A stretch of 63,069 bases of DNA, counting the filler, from Craspedostauros australis (Eukaryota), in assembly GCA_030167865.1 (NCBI GenBank). It is 4 parts of 4 records of this genome, joined end to end, with 100 filler letters (N's around TTAATTAATTAA, not from the genome) between each part and the next. Parts side by side here need not be neighbours in the genome. Positions count along the whole stretch, not along the records: positions 1 to 31,134 come from JALAGF010004989.1; 3 more parts are not named here. One strand, written 5' to 3'. The notes below the pieces were generated by a model. That model did not search any database, was not told the DNA's origin, and was given only the letters and a program-made list of their open reading frames with translations. Below, piece after piece: positions 10,566-23,225 of this stretch. The position numbers and the translations under genes were made by a program. Within the stretch, counting starts at the first letter, position 1, and each line of letters starts with the position of its first letter.

Positions 10566-11974
10566 GATTGGATGTTTCGGCTTGTCTGGAAGAGGGAAGA
10601 TGAGAATTGTAACTGCGATTGCTCACTCCTCCAAAGCAACGATAGCGACGACAGTGTAGTGATGATGTGATGTGATGTGATCTGCTCTGCTCTACTCTAC
10701 TCTACTCTTCTCTGCTCTGTTCCTGGTGAGTTGTCATCCGTTCCAACTCATTGCGCTGCGTTGCGTTGCGTTGTCGTATCTTTTCGTCATCATCGTCAAC
10801 TGATCCATGTGGTGATGATGATTGTTTGCACCTCGTCAGCGTGGACTCTGCCACACAAACTTTGTGTGAGTTGGCTTGGGCGTTCTGTCACAAAGTGCGT
10901 CTTTTGATTGGATTCGCTTTCCTTTCTCGATGTGTTGTGACGTGTTTGAATCGTGGTGGTCGTCTTCGGTTTCTGTTCAGACTCACGGTCGTATTAGTCC
11001 AATATACCGGAATTCTTGGGGCGTCTAAAACTCCGAAGAATCCGAGGTCATCCTGTCGCTCTTCGGGCATTTATGACGAAGGGCTTGTCCCAAGGAACTT
11101 TTATGACAAAGCGGAAAAGAATCGAAACACGTTTTTTGCAAGCAACGACAGTTCTTGTTCCGCCACAGCTTCCCGTGTGACTTCGGAACGTCTCGTTGCG
11201 AGGAATGAAAATGTCACTAGTGTCAAGAGGACACTCGCCGACATGAGAAGGGCACATCGATCGTTGGCATCATTTATCGGAAGTGGATCCTATTTTCGGA
11301 GCGTCGCCTGCGCTTTGTGTCAAGAACAACGCGTGATGCGGATTCGTGTTGTCGGTGGTAACGCTGGTTGGCTGGTTTGGTTGGTGCCTGTGAAGAGAGC
11401 TGGATACCCAAGAACAGGAGGGAGGCGAAGGAATAGGAATACGACCCAAAGACGGTGAAAGGAAGCACGAGGCACGAGGCGAGAAGTATGAGCTACTCGC
11501 AGACGACAAGAACGAGAGGAACGAGGAAGAAGGACGGCACAATTACTTGCGGTCGGAATGCAGTTGGTTGGAGTCGAGACGCATCGAGGAGGTCGGAGCG
11601 AAGCCCACGCGCAATCATATTCTTCATCCCTGTCGAGGACTGGGAGGAGCACAAGGCTGGAGAACACAATCGCGTCCCCTTCCGCATCCACTAGTAGTAC
11701 GACCTACCCCGTGCGACCATCCGTGGCAGTCACAACGAGCATCGCCTCCGCAAGAACAATCACACAATCGAGGTGCTTCTCAACAGCATCAACAGCATCA
11801 ACGGCATCAACGGCATCGGCCATTCTCACACTCCATTTCAGACAGCACACGAGTGACTCAATCTGCATACCGGCATCTCCTCGAATCTGATAGCTTCCAA
11901 TTGTACCCCATCAAACCTCATCGCATCTCCTCTCACCCATCAGTAGTATAATAGCATTCTCACATCCAAGCAAC

Positions 11975-14900
11975 ATGCCCGCCTCCAAAACGAAGCAGTC
12001 GTCACCCAGGACACCTGAAACAGCACTCGCCAGCAGCCGCAACGACGACGACAACGACAGCGTCGCATCATCATCCATCAGCTATCAGAGCGACGTCGGA
12101 GACAGCAAGCTCCGTCTCAAGGACACCAACAGATCGAACCATGCTGCAGCGACGCCCAAACGCGATGGGTCCAAGCAAGCCGAACAGAAGCCATCGCTGC
12201 TGGGTCTCAAGCTCATCATAGTCGCGCTTCTGTTGGTGCTGCTGGCGGCCATTGCTTACTCGGTCTATCAGACGCTGTTCGAGGAAGATGACGATGGCGA
12301 GTCTGCGGACGCTATCAACCGACCAGCCATCATGGCGCAGAACGAGGTGAGTTGCGATTGCATCAGCTATCGCTGGCATTCACACAAACACGCAGACACA
12401 CACAGACACACACGTGCAATTCCATCATCTCATTCCATTCCATCCCGATTGCACCTCCGCTTCTGCTCGTGCGTCTGTCTCTTGCTCTGCCTTTGCTTCA
12501 CCGTGCTGCACGCTATCGGAACGCGCTGGATCCCTGCCGAATCTCACAGATCCAAGATACGGCAAATCTTTTCCTGGATGCGACCATGCACAGATACCAA
12601 AACATGGTCAACGCGCTGCGTTCGTTGAGCGTGGCTGCGACCATGCTCACCATCCACAACGCGAACGGCAACGATTGGCCGCTCGTCACATTTATCGACT
12701 TCGAGCAGTGGATCACCTCCACGATAGGAGGACAGCGGAATTACACGATCCTCCAGAATTTGCAGTTCGGCCCGCTCCTCTCACGCGATCAACTCGCACC
12801 ATGGAACGAGTACACGCAGCAGCAACGTGACGACGCGACGTCGGCCGCTTCCGTTTGGATATCCAACGCGCGGGCGCACGGCGCCGCAATCGTCGGTGAT
12901 CGTCTCACGCCCTTCGTTTGGCAGGACGAGGATCGACGCGTTGCGGATTCCGAGTCGTTCGCGCCGATATGGCAGATGTGGAAGAATATCTCCATGCCGA
13001 CGATCAATCGCAATCAATTTCAATATGGTGTCTGTTTTGCGCAATTGTGGAACCGTGGACAGTCGTCGCAGGATGTCTTGTTTTCCGCCGCGTGCGACGA
13101 GAGCAACAAGAATACGACAGGCAGCGTCGACGGTTCACCTTTGGGGATGCTCATTCGGCCGATTTACAAAGATTTGGAGGCCGACAACCAGCTCGCCGAT
13201 GCCGTGGGTTTCTTCGAATCGACGGTCAATTGGAGCGTGCTGCTTGGTTCCGTATGGAGCAACATCCTGATGGCCGAGCATGACTTGGAGAATGAGGAGT
13301 CCATCGCCCTCGATGCTGTCTTTTCGTCGCAAGGAAGCGCCTGCAATTCATCGTCGTCATCGTTGTCGCATGTCTATCGTATCGAACTGGAGTCGGCATC
13401 CAACAGCAACGACCAGGTCATGCCCATCGTTCGATTCGTTGGTTCAACCGATTCCTATTCTACCAACAGGACAGGATATTCACGCGTGCTGCACGCAACC
13501 ACCGATGGTGTGACAGATGGGTGCTCACAAGTTATGCATGTTTACCCAACGAGCGCCTACTACAACGAGCTGGTGGAATCAGCGACGGTATCTGCAGACT
13601 CGTCATCATCGGAAACATCCACGGAAGATTACATCTTGGCCGGCATCCTGGGTGGCGCGACGCTCCTCGCCCTCTTCTCGTTCTGCATTTACGATCATAT
13701 CTACCGCAGATCGCAGACCAAGATCATCCGTTCCACGGAACGTTCCAACAGTCTGCTCAACTCCCTCTTCCCCGCCAACGTGCGCGATCGCGTCCTCAAA
13801 AATCAAGCATCCAAGCGCAAGCTCTTCGGAAATGCGACGCCCGGGATTCCGAAAGAACCGGCTGCTGCTGTCGCTGTTCCCAAAGCACCCTACAAATCGA
13901 AACCCATCGCAGATATGTTCCCCAACACGACCGTGCTGTTCTCGGATATCGTCGGGTTCACGGCGTGGAGCAGCCAGCGCGATCCGACTCAGGTACGTTG
14001 CAAGTTGTACATGTTGGTTGGGACCGATGATGCAATCGAGTTGGACGCAAGTACATGCAGTCCTGGCCAACTTATCCCGTATTACAGAGGAGTTGTGCAT
14101 GGTGATGCTCTCACACAGTCCCGTTCTTCTGCCTTTTGTCCCATCTCGTTTCTTCCTCTGCCCTGTGCTTGTTCTGGAATAACTTCGCAGGTGTTCACTT
14201 TGTTGGAAGCGCTGTACAACTGCTTCGATGGGATCGCACGCAAGCGAAAAGTGTTCAAGGTGGAGGTAGGTGTCGACCGTAGTGTATGGAGCAGACGTGC
14301 TGCTGCCGCAGATGTCATGAACTCGCATTCTACAAGAATCATGATCCTCTCCACTGTGCTCACCGACTTTCATGGATGCCTTGCTCTATTCTATTATACT
14401 TCCGTAACTGTGCTCCCTATGTTAATGATCAAATGCGGCAACGTGCGTCAACACACGGCAACGCAACATGCTACTCCATATCACAACAGACGATCGGTGA
14501 CTGTTACGTTGCCGTGACCGGGCTTCCCAACAGGATGGACGACCATGCCATCGTCATGGCGAAGTTTGCCAGAGAATGTCTCGCGCGGATGGTTGACATT
14601 GTCCGGGGATTGGAGTTGCAGTTGGGCCCCGACACTGGAGATCTTTCCATGAGATTCGGCCTCCATTCTGGTCCTGTCACCGGTGGCGTTCTGCGCGGCG
14701 AGAAGTCTAGATTCCAACTGTTCGGCGACACGGTCAACACGGCTGCGCGCATGGAGTCCACGGGTGCTAGCGGAAGGATTCACGTATCGAAGGAATGTGC
14801 CGATGCCATCATCGATGGTGGAAAGAAACAGTGGGTGCGACCGCGAGAGAACATGGTCAACGCCAAGGGCAAAGGACGGTTGCAGACGTACTGGGTGGAG

Positions 14901-16796
14901 TTTTCGAGCGGATCTGTCGTCACGAAAAGCACCAACGACGATTCGACGCTGCGTTCCATGGATGACATGAATGGGGAGAACGACAGACTCGAAATCGGCC
15001 AAAGCGCAGCGTCGCTGGGCGTGCATTCCATCATTGCCAAATTTGATAGGGTCGGAAAGTTCAACAAGATGAACGACCGCGCCCGTCGGTTGGTGGATTA
15101 CGACATTGAGGTTCTATCGCAGCTACTTCGCAAGATCATGGCCATGCGAAATCCTGGGAATGATGCACCATCACCGACGGCTTCGGCCGTACCACAAGAA
15201 GCGGCGTCACCGCCCCGAGCTGTGACTATACACAGCGATGGCATTCCGAGGGAGATTTCGGGCGAGATGCGAACGATTGAGGTGGGCACCAAGACGATCT
15301 CCGTCTTGAACAGCCTCAGCGATGTGATCTGGTTCCCGAGGGAATCGCTGGCGTACAAACAAGATCCTGACGCTATTAAGCTCCCAGAAGAGGCCGTGAC
15401 GCAACTGCATGACTACGTTTCAACGATTGCGAACAAGTACCGCGATCAGCAGAACTCCTTCCATTGCTTCGAACATGCCAGGTGAGTTACGCCATGAATA
15501 CTGCCGCGTGTTCCAAGTGAAATGCTGCAAATTCCGAGGACGATATCGCACTGCGCTGCGTTCCAATAGGACGTGCGTTGTAATGCATTGGGTTGCGTTG
15601 CATTGTGCTTTCAAAGTTCGACCCAACTGTGCATCGTTCACACAAGTTTCGTTCTCACATACTCTCCACTCACCACTATTCCATGTTCTATTGCCACAAT
15701 GCTCAACTTCAACGCAACGCAACGCAATGCAATGCAATGCAATATAATGAAACCTATCTGTACTCTGCTGCGGATTGCTCGTAGCCATGTGATGATGAGC
15801 GTGACGAAATTCCTGGCTCGGCTGGCAACGCCGGAATCCATCGATTACGAGGCCATGGAGTACAAGCAAAAGACCGACAGCTTGCATGATTGCACCTTCG
15901 GTATCACGTCAGACCCGTTGACGCAATTTGCGCTGGCCTTCTCGGCATTGATCCATGACGTCGATCATCCAGGGTCGCCCAACTCGCAGCTCGTGAACAA
16001 GAAGCATGCGCTGGCAAAGAAGTTCAAGAACAAGTCGGTCGCGGAACAGAATTCGTTCAACGTTGCATGGAACCTCCTGATGGGCAAAGGATACGAACAC
16101 CTCCGAAAGTGCATCTACTCCAACGAGGCAGAGCTGGAACGTTTCCGTCAGCTCGTGGTGAACACCATCATTGCGACCGACCTTCACGACAAAGACCTCG
16201 TGGCGCGACGCAACAAACGCTGGGAGAAGGCGTTCCGAACGACGAATGCCAACTCTGGCAAGTCAAAGCCACCCTCGAAGAGAAGGAAACGAAAGGGAAC
16301 CGCTGGCGACAATCCGGGCAACAACGACCGCAAGGCAACTGTCATCGTGGAAGCGCTGATGCAGGCATCCGACATCTCGCACACGATGCAGCACTGGCAC
16401 GTGTACCTCAAGTGGAACAAGAGGCTGTTCCTCGAGATGCATCATGCATACGCGGACGGGCAGAGTGACATCGATCCTTCCGAGGGCTGGTACGAAGGCG
16501 AGCTCGCATTCTTCGACAATACTGTGATCCCGCTGGCGAAGAAGCTGAAAGAGTGCGATATTGTGGGGGTCGGCGCCGACGAGATGTTGAACTACGCGTT
16601 GGTGAACCGAAGGGATTGGGAGCACAAAGGCAAGCGCACCGTGCACGATTTCTCGATGGAAGCGAGGAGGAGGAAATCCGCCACGCGACCCTCCAGCATC
16701 CAATCCTTCAACTCCTCCACCGGATCGTTCTCCATACCGTTGGGCGCTGCCGGCAAGGCGTCCAACAACAACTCCCTCTCCTCCCTTGGCTATTAG
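11975..16796 (+). CDS. Membrane class III nucleotide cyclase (guanylate-cyclase-like) fused to a cyclic-nucleotide phosphodiesterase; 5 exons (11975-12346, 12550-13992, 14191-14265, 14490-15481, 15785-16796)
   Basis: Two TM helices flank an extracellular sensor-like region. Cyclase motifs: TVLFSDIVGFTAWSS, FKVE|TIGDCYVA, GLHSGPV, RFQLFGDTVNTAARMES. PDEase motifs: FHCFEHASHV, ALIHDVDHPG, IIATD, QASDISH. All four introns are GT-AG and keep the frame. Confidence 0.9.
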
Positions 16797-17565
16797 GACA
16801 CTCTACCAGAGTATGCTCTGCAGAATCATTGTGTGGCGCACCGCAAGTACACTGATACAAAAAGGACGCGCGGTATACACGTAGACCGCATGTACTGTAC
16901 AGCAAGATTGTATTATAGAATAGTTTGCTCTTCTCCACTGTAGTCGTACGGTGCGATTATCTGCGCGAGAAGCTCGCAGAGTGTGAAAGTCTATCTTCGT
17001 CCACCAAACGAAGCAAGGGCGAAAAAGATACCTCTTGAATGCACTGAAATAGTCTTGAACGCGGGAGATTTGTGGAGGTCACAATTTTGTGGGCGAAGTT
17101 CGCTCGTGGGAGTTCCTTCTGCTCTTGGCACAACGCACCGAAACGGTTTTCTTTGTCTTGGCCCGTCATGCTTCAATGCAACACGATGCGGAGGGGTGGG
17201 AAGCAGCAGCGAGCCATAAGAGGGGGCGTATTGATGCCTGATCTGTATGTCTTCTTGCTCATCCCTGGTCTTTCCGATGACAAGCTGGACGTTCTTGGAG
17301 AATCAAGCACGAGACGAAGCACGAGTGCGGCGAGGAACAATCGAATCGGAAACGTCAGGTGGGACCATCACAGTCTGAACTGGCGTAGCGTCATCAACCG
17401 CGTTGTCGTGGGACACCTCCCGTTGCCCATGGTGCATTTCGCCAGACCAGACGAGTTCGCGCAGAGTCATCATGACGCGACATTGGCAACAGGACAACCA
17501 CGGCTACCGCGACGGCAACGGCGATGGCCAAGCCACTGAACGCTTCCTCTCTGGCTCATAAAACA

Positions 17566-17604
17566 AACAGGTATGCCAACAGGTATTCCAACAGGTATGC
17601 CAAC
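17566..17604. repeat. 12-bp tandem repeat x3.25 (AACAGGTAT[G/T]CC)
   Basis: aacaggtatgcc aacaggtattcc aacaggtatgcc aac, about 260 bp upstream of the LRR gene. Confidence 0.8.
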
Positions 17605-17860
17605 CGCACCACTGATCGAAGAAACATGGCAAGCACTTTGCACGAAACGGCCATGCTATGCGGTGAGTTTATGCAGTGTGCTTTGCTTCTCGCTTTCTTC
17701 TGTGCTTCTCGTTCGGTTCAGTGCTGTTCTGTTCAAATGAAGTAAGGAAGAGTGGAGAGATCACTCATAAAGTTGGATCACAGTTCAATCTCCAATCCAA
17801 ACGAGCAGCATACCCGTCCTGCAAATCATCGATCAAGCGCAAACCAACAAGACACTCATC

Positions 17861-19615
17861 ATGGCAACTTCCATCCCCCGTTCCAAAATCTCGAAACCCC
17901 GCCGTGTGTCCTTCATGATCCCGCTCGAAGTCGACGGTAGTGGTAATAAAGGAGGACGCGGCAACAACGCCGGCGTGAGCAACGTCAACGGCAACGTCGC
18001 CATGTACGATATTGATTGCCCACCATCGATGACGGCCCAGGTCGTGCCCGACGAACGGCACCATTCCATCGACCAAGACAAGGAGATGGCATCGACCATC
18101 AACGGCTTCACCAGCGATGACGATTCGTTCGGCAAGTCCCACAGCATGATGGTCTCCGGCAAGAGCACCTGCATGCGCTGGCTGTGCCGCATCCTCGGTC
18201 TGTGCGTCGTGGGTGCCGGCGTCGGCTGCCTCATGTTCCTGGTGGTCTCGAAGGCAGGCACAGGTTGGTTTGGTGGAAAGGGAAGTGCGTCGTCTTCTAC
18301 CGGAGATGCGACTTCGTCATCCGAAGACGGCGGTCCCAAGTCCGGTGCGGGCGTCCCTTCGTCCCGCGCCAAGTATTTCAACACCCTGCTCGGCATCATT
18401 GAGACGGAATCGCTCGTCATCTCCTCGCACGGCGCCTTGGCCGAACCCAGCTCTCCGCAAGATGCGGCCTTGCAATGGCTGGCCTTTGAAGACGACGTGA
18501 TCTTCGAAGATGACGTGGACTTTCTCCTCGAACGGTACGCCCTGGTCGTGTTCTACCATTCCACGGGAGGCCCGAGCCTCTGGGATCAAGATGGCGACTT
18601 CCTCAAGTCCACCAAGTCCCACTGCGCGTGGAGAGGCATCGCGTGCCGCAACGATGGGAACGACCGCGTGACGGAGATCTCGCTCGCCCAAGGCTCTCTG
18701 CGCGGCACCCTCCCGCCCGAGATCTACTTCCTCCAGCACCTCGAGTACCTCGAGGCATCGTACAACCGCATCGAGGGGACCATCCCGGAAGAGCTCTACC
18801 GCCTGTCATCCCTCCAGGTGCTGGCCATCGCCGGGAACTCCTTCATCGGCACCGTGAGTCCTGCCATCGCCCAGCTCAGCCAGCTGCGTGGATTCTACGC
18901 CCCGGATACGTTCCTCAGCGGCGAATTCCCCTTCCAGAGCCTCAGCACGATGTCCGCCCTGGAGTACTTCTCCATCTCCACGAATGCCTTCCGCGGCGAG
19001 ATGAACGACGTCCAGTTCGCGCCGGACTCCAACATCACCTTCATCGACATGTCCGGGAATCGCGAGATCCGCGGCTCCATCCCGACGGAGATCGGCACGT
19101 GGGGATCCAACCTGCGATACCTCGATGTCTTCCACTCGGGCATCACCGGCACCGTGCCATCCGAGCTGGGACTGCTGCAGAACCTCCGAGATTTGCGCCT
19201 GCAATCGAACACGGAGCTGCACGGCACCATCCCCGAAGAACTGTACGACTGCACCAACATGAAGGGCCTCGTCTTCGGCAATACCAACATCAGTGGCACG
19301 CTCTCGACATCCATCGGCCGCCTGAAAGGCCTCGACGTGCTGGCCCTCCACAGCACTTTCATTTCCGGGCCCGTGCCATCTCAGATCGGCAAGTTGAAGA
19401 AGCTGGTCATCCTCAGTCTCTTCGACACCAACATGAAGGGCGAGTTGCCCAGCCAGATGCGCAAGCTGACCAACCTCGAGAACCTGTTGATCCACCGCAC
19501 TCAGCTCAGTGGCTCCATACCCACGGAGCTTTGTTCCGCCGATCATTACATCAACTTCCGTGTCGGATGCGACAACTTGGTGCGATGCGAGTGCTGCGGT
19601 CGCTGTTCCGCATAG
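17861..19615 (+). CDS. Type II membrane leucine-rich-repeat protein (plant-type LRRs, diatom-expanded family)
   Basis: N-terminal disordered tail and TM (ILGLCVVGAGVGCLMFLVV); cap SSPQDAALQWL..ERYALVVFYHSTGG..W..HCAWRGIAC; about a dozen LxxLxLxxNxLxGxIPxE repeats; Cys-rich C-cap CECCGRC. No kinase domain. Confidence 0.9.
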   Translation: MATSIPRSKISKPRRVSFMIPLEVDGSGNKGGRGNNAGVSNVNGNVAMYDIDCPPSMTAQVVPDERHHSIDQDKEMASTINGFTSDDDSFGKSHSMMVSGKSTCMRWLCRILGLCVVGAGVGCLMFLVVSKAGTGWFGGKGSASSSTGDATSSSEDGGPKSGAGVPSSRAKYFNTLLGIIETESLVISSHGALAEPSSPQDAALQWLAFEDDVIFEDDVDFLLERYALVVFYHSTGGPSLWDQDGDFLKSTKSHCAWRGIACRNDGNDRVTEISLAQGSLRGTLPPEIYFLQHLEYLEASYNRIEGTIPEELYRLSSLQVLAIAGNSFIGTVSPAIAQLSQLRGFYAPDTFLSGEFPFQSLSTMSALEYFSISTNAFRGEMNDVQFAPDSNITFIDMSGNREIRGSIPTEIGTWGSNLRYLDVFHSGITGTVPSELGLLQNLRDLRLQSNTELHGTIPEELYDCTNMKGLVFGNTNISGTLSTSIGRLKGLDVLALHSTFISGPVPSQIGKLKKLVILSLFDTNMKGELPSQMRKLTNLENLLIHRTQLSGSIPTELCSADHYINFRVGCDNLVRCECCGRCSA

Positions 19616-20366
19616 AGCAGGAAAGCAGGCCGCCATGCAGAGTAGAGTACCTTAACTTGACTCGACTCAACTCGAGGCAAAGCCATTGTTGGGCAAGCCG
19701 TTGCGGAGTCGTAGTAAGAGGAGCACCGAGCCCACGAAGGGAATGAATGAAACGGATGGGAGCAAGTGAATGAATGGTTCAGATGGATTGCGTTAGGTCG
19801 TACACCAACAGAGATGCAACCTCCAACATCTGATCCATAACAGCGTAGTTTGAAAATGAATGGAAGAACATATAGTACATGAGCATAACAGTAGCAGCGG
19901 TAGCGCCATAAGTACATACGAGTATGCATGCATGGCATGGCATGGTAAGAAAGGTTGGATGACTCGCACAATAGTGGAATGAAAGTGATGCGCAACACAT
20001 CAACATCAGCAACATGTGAGATCTAACTGTGAGATCTAACTGTCCTCAATCATGACATGCACGAGAATAGCCGTAGCTCATCGCATGCCATCTCATCTCA
20101 TCTCACACGACACATGCCACACATCATCATTGGCAAGTCACAACGCAATGAGCAAAGGCAAGACAGGAGAGAGACGAAACATGGTGTGAATGTGCGACAG
20201 AAGTAAGGGGATGTAATCAGAAATCTAGATTGACGCTTCGCAGTTACGACTTCTCCGGAGTTCCCTTCATACAAGCGTTTGCGTTCCTCCATGCTCCATC
20301 CCGCTCTGCTCGCTGAGGACCTTTTGGCACGCCAACGAGCAGAGTAAGAGGGACGAAGGGAGAGGC

Positions 20367-21020
20367 TTACTCCTGTCCGGCCTTGAACAGGGCAGACTTC
20401 GCAAGCGGACCGCGGCGGTTGTGCACCTTGACGATGTTGCCATCGGCAGAGAGCTCTCCACATCGGCGCATGCGCACGTAATCCTCGCGATTGTACTTTG
20501 TGAATCCCCACTTCAGCGACTTCAGGATCTTCTGGCGTCCTGCGAACTTGAACTTTCCACGACGGATGGCCTCAATGACGTGGGCCTCGTTGGCGTCCTT
20601 GGATCGCACGGAGATGAGGATCTGTCCGATGTCGACGCGGGCGGCAACACCAATTGGCTTTCCGTAGGAGTGACGCATACCGGATGACAGACGATCGGCT
20701 CCGGCGCAGCTAAGCATTTTATTGGCGCGCAGCACGTGGTATGGGTGGGCGCGGATGCGGATGTGGAAGGCGTCCTTTCCGATGGTCTTGGACAAATGCT
20801 TGTTGATGGCGACGCGGCAAGCCTCGAGGGCCTCGGACGAGATCTGCTGCTTCTCGTCGCAGACCAAGTGGGCGACGAATGGGAAGAGATCGACTGGCGC
20901 CCTCTTGGCACCGACGTCGAAAATGCGGATCTTGGAGTCAGGGACACCACGGCAGTAGCGCGACTTGATGTATGGCTTGTTCTTCTGGTAACGGTAGCAG
21001 CGAGCTGGACGGCGACCCAT
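20367..21020 (-). CDS. RPL10: 60S ribosomal protein L10 (uL16), intronless
   Basis: [39 protein letters not shown] and [10 protein letters not shown] are the eukaryotic uL16 signature. Confidence 0.98.
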   Translation of the reverse strand: MGRRPARCYRYQKNKPYIKSRYCRGVPDSKIRIFDVGAKRAPVDLFPFVAHLVCDEKQQISSEALEACRVAINKHLSKTIGKDAFHIRIRAHPYHVLRANKMLSCAGADRLSSGMRHSYGKPIGVAARVDIGQILISVRSKDANEAHVIEAIRRGKFKFAGRQKILKSLKWGFTKYNREDYVRMRRCGELSADGNIVKVHNRRGPLAKSALFKAGQE

Positions 21021-21825
21021 GATGACGATTTCCTTGCGACGTGAACGAAAAGGGAGAGAGGTGTGTGTTGTTGTTGTGTTTTGATTTCAATCCGAAACAG
21101 ATGAAATTCAATTTATGAGCACAGAGGTGACAGCACAGGCAACGCGGCGCTCACGAAGTCGACGATGGCGACAATGGCGAGAGCAGTCGGCAGCAGAGAC
21201 ACAACGCGCGACGGCACCTAAGTTTTCGGTGGACGGCGCCCATGGCGGCTGCGCTCACAAGACGACACAGACGAACAACGACGGCTTCAATTGAATTCGA
21301 TCGAACCGACTCAAACCTGCGCCCACGCTCCATCCAGTAGAGTTTCTACGGAACGCTGAACAACGACGGCGGCGAAGTACGAATGGTAGACAGTAACCAC
21401 GTGTCGGTGTGATTCCTTTGTTGGGTGTGCGGTGACCGATCCGACTTTTTCAGTCGTGCCACTTTTCACAGACAGACATTTTCAGCCGTGCTTTGAGAGG
21501 TCTACCACCGAAGCTTCGGAAAGCTCGTGGGATGTCAATCGTGATTGAGTGTTGTTCTGTCTTTTCGTGAATGAGATGGCGAAGGGAGAAACGTGAGAGC
21601 CTTTGGGAGTCCCTGCGATTTCAGTCGTCCAAGTTTGTCATTCTGGCGGCAAACCGGACATAAATGGTGGAACTTTCTGCAAAACAGCCGTTCGTTTTGT
21701 CGCGCTCCCTGTCGTCTGTGACTCTCCTTCCCAGTCATGACCGCCTTCGCGCCGAAACAGGCCATGTGGCGTTGATGACCAAATTCTGGCTCCCTCCAAG
21801 AAAGAGATCCAAAGATTGACACAAA

Positions 21826-21937
21826 AGAGAGAGAGAGAGAGTGAGACGAAACGGGACAAACAAGAGGTGGGTTACAACTGCGCGTGGTATGGTACGTCGT
21901 GCTATGGTGTGGTATGGTGTGGTGTGGTGTGGTGTGG
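21826..21937. repeat. Microsatellites (GA)n and (TGTGG)n between the divergent RPL10 and orphan genes
   Basis: A GA run at 21826-21842 and TGTGG/TATGG units at about 21905-21937. Similar GA/CT runs occur near 43790, 50081 and 50271. Confidence 0.7.
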
Positions 21938-22163
21938 CAGTGTGGGATGCAATCATATTCTATAATAGTATGTTCCGAATCACTCACTTCGCATCACTTC
22001 GGCCATCTGCGCACTCTTTTCAGACGGAACAAGGTTGATTCATCCTCTAACATCGTTCGCAACATCTGCGCTGGACAGAACGGCATCCGAGCCAACCACG
22101 AGTAGTACCCCGTATTCGTGAGCATCCACCTGGCATCCACCTAGCATCCATCTGACATCCATC

Positions 22164-23225
22164 ATGGAAGCCACGTCCAGATCACACTCCCAGCCTCGGC
22201 CAGTCAAGCAACGTGAATGCGATAGCCACTCGCCAAGTGACTGCACATCAGTCACCACCATCTTGGCATCCGAGCATTCCAGCATTTCATCGCATGGGAT
22301 CAGCGATATCTCGCTCGGAGAAAGCTGTCGATCGATCGCCGCTGCGGAATGGCCGTCGTCTCCAAGCATGAATGGCGGCGGCAATCGAAGACGCAACCGC
22401 GAGGCAGGCGAAAGGATCTCGACGTCGACGACACAAGCGGTCACGAAGATTGAGACGGCGCCATCAAACAGCTTGGCCAGAATCGTGAGAGCCACAACGG
22501 CGTGGATTCTTCCAAGCTACACGCACGCGGAAGCATCAACGCCCAACGACCCCATTGCTGCCTCATCCCGTGAGCAGGCAAGCAGTATGGTGAACCGCAG
22601 AGACGAATTGCAGCATCGCAATCAAAGTCAAGTCGCAGATTCCGACAGCCGGTCGATGTTGTCCGCCAGCGCGCACGAAGAGGCCATGCAACAGTTCAGA
22701 TTTTGCACCATGGACAAGTTCGTGGATATGATGTGCAGTGATGCAGATTTCGTGGACGACGACGACAATCTCACCTACAAATCCTTTGACACGTTCTCTC
22801 CGGCGCAGGATGCAGACAACACAAGAGTGATCATGTCGCTTCATGGCAAGCTGATGAAGGCGAAATCCATTGACGCGTTCCCTGCGGCGCAGGATGCAGA
22901 CAGTACCAGCGAGGTCAGGTCGCTCCATAGCAAGCTGATGGAACTGAAAGAGACGGAGGTTTCGAAAGGTGAAAGCAAAGACGTGATCATCACGTACTTC
23001 CATCAGACCGATGCGGACACAGACCCGGAAACCGAAGAAGATGCGGAGAAACAGCACGAGGCTGTCGCGGTGGATGAAACACAAGCGGAACTGCAGGATG
23101 AAATGATGTCGCAAGGTTCGCAGCAACCGGAGGTGGAAGTGCGAAGCCGCGGCAAGAAATCGAGGCTGCTGAGACTGTCGAGAATGTTCAATCAATCTCG
23201 AGGCAAGAGCAAGCCAAGAAAGTGA
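22164..23225 (+). CDS. Hypothetical low-complexity protein with an internal 28-aa duplication
   Basis: 353-aa ATG ORF, Ser-rich then acidic then basic. An in-frame 84-bp duplication at 22782-22949 supports coding status. No family recognised. Confidence 0.55.
   Translation: MEATSRSHSQPRPVKQRECDSHSPSDCTSVTTILASEHSSISSHGISDISLGESCRSIAAAEWPSSPSMNGGGNRRRNREAGERISTSTTQAVTKIETAPSNSLARIVRATTAWILPSYTHAEASTPNDPIAASSREQASSMVNRRDELQHRNQSQVADSDSRSMLSASAHEEAMQQFRFCTMDKFVDMMCSDADFVDDDDNLTYKSFDTFSPAQDADNTRVIMSLHGKLMKAKSIDAFPAAQDADSTSEVRSLHSKLMELKETEVSKGESKDVIITYFHQTDADTDPETEEDAEKQHEAVAVDETQAELQDEMMSQGSQQPEVEVRSRGKKSRLLRLSRMFNQSRGKSKPRK

Noticed and set aside
18628..19746. Long alternative-frame and antisense ORFs over the LRR gene (also over the SGNH, SIT and mucin genes)
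   Set aside because: Expected shadows of GC3-rich codon usage or stop-free repeats.
20015..20043. 13-bp tandem duplication TGTGAGATCTAAC x2
   Set aside because: Only two copies in a convergent 3' intergenic region; most likely slippage.
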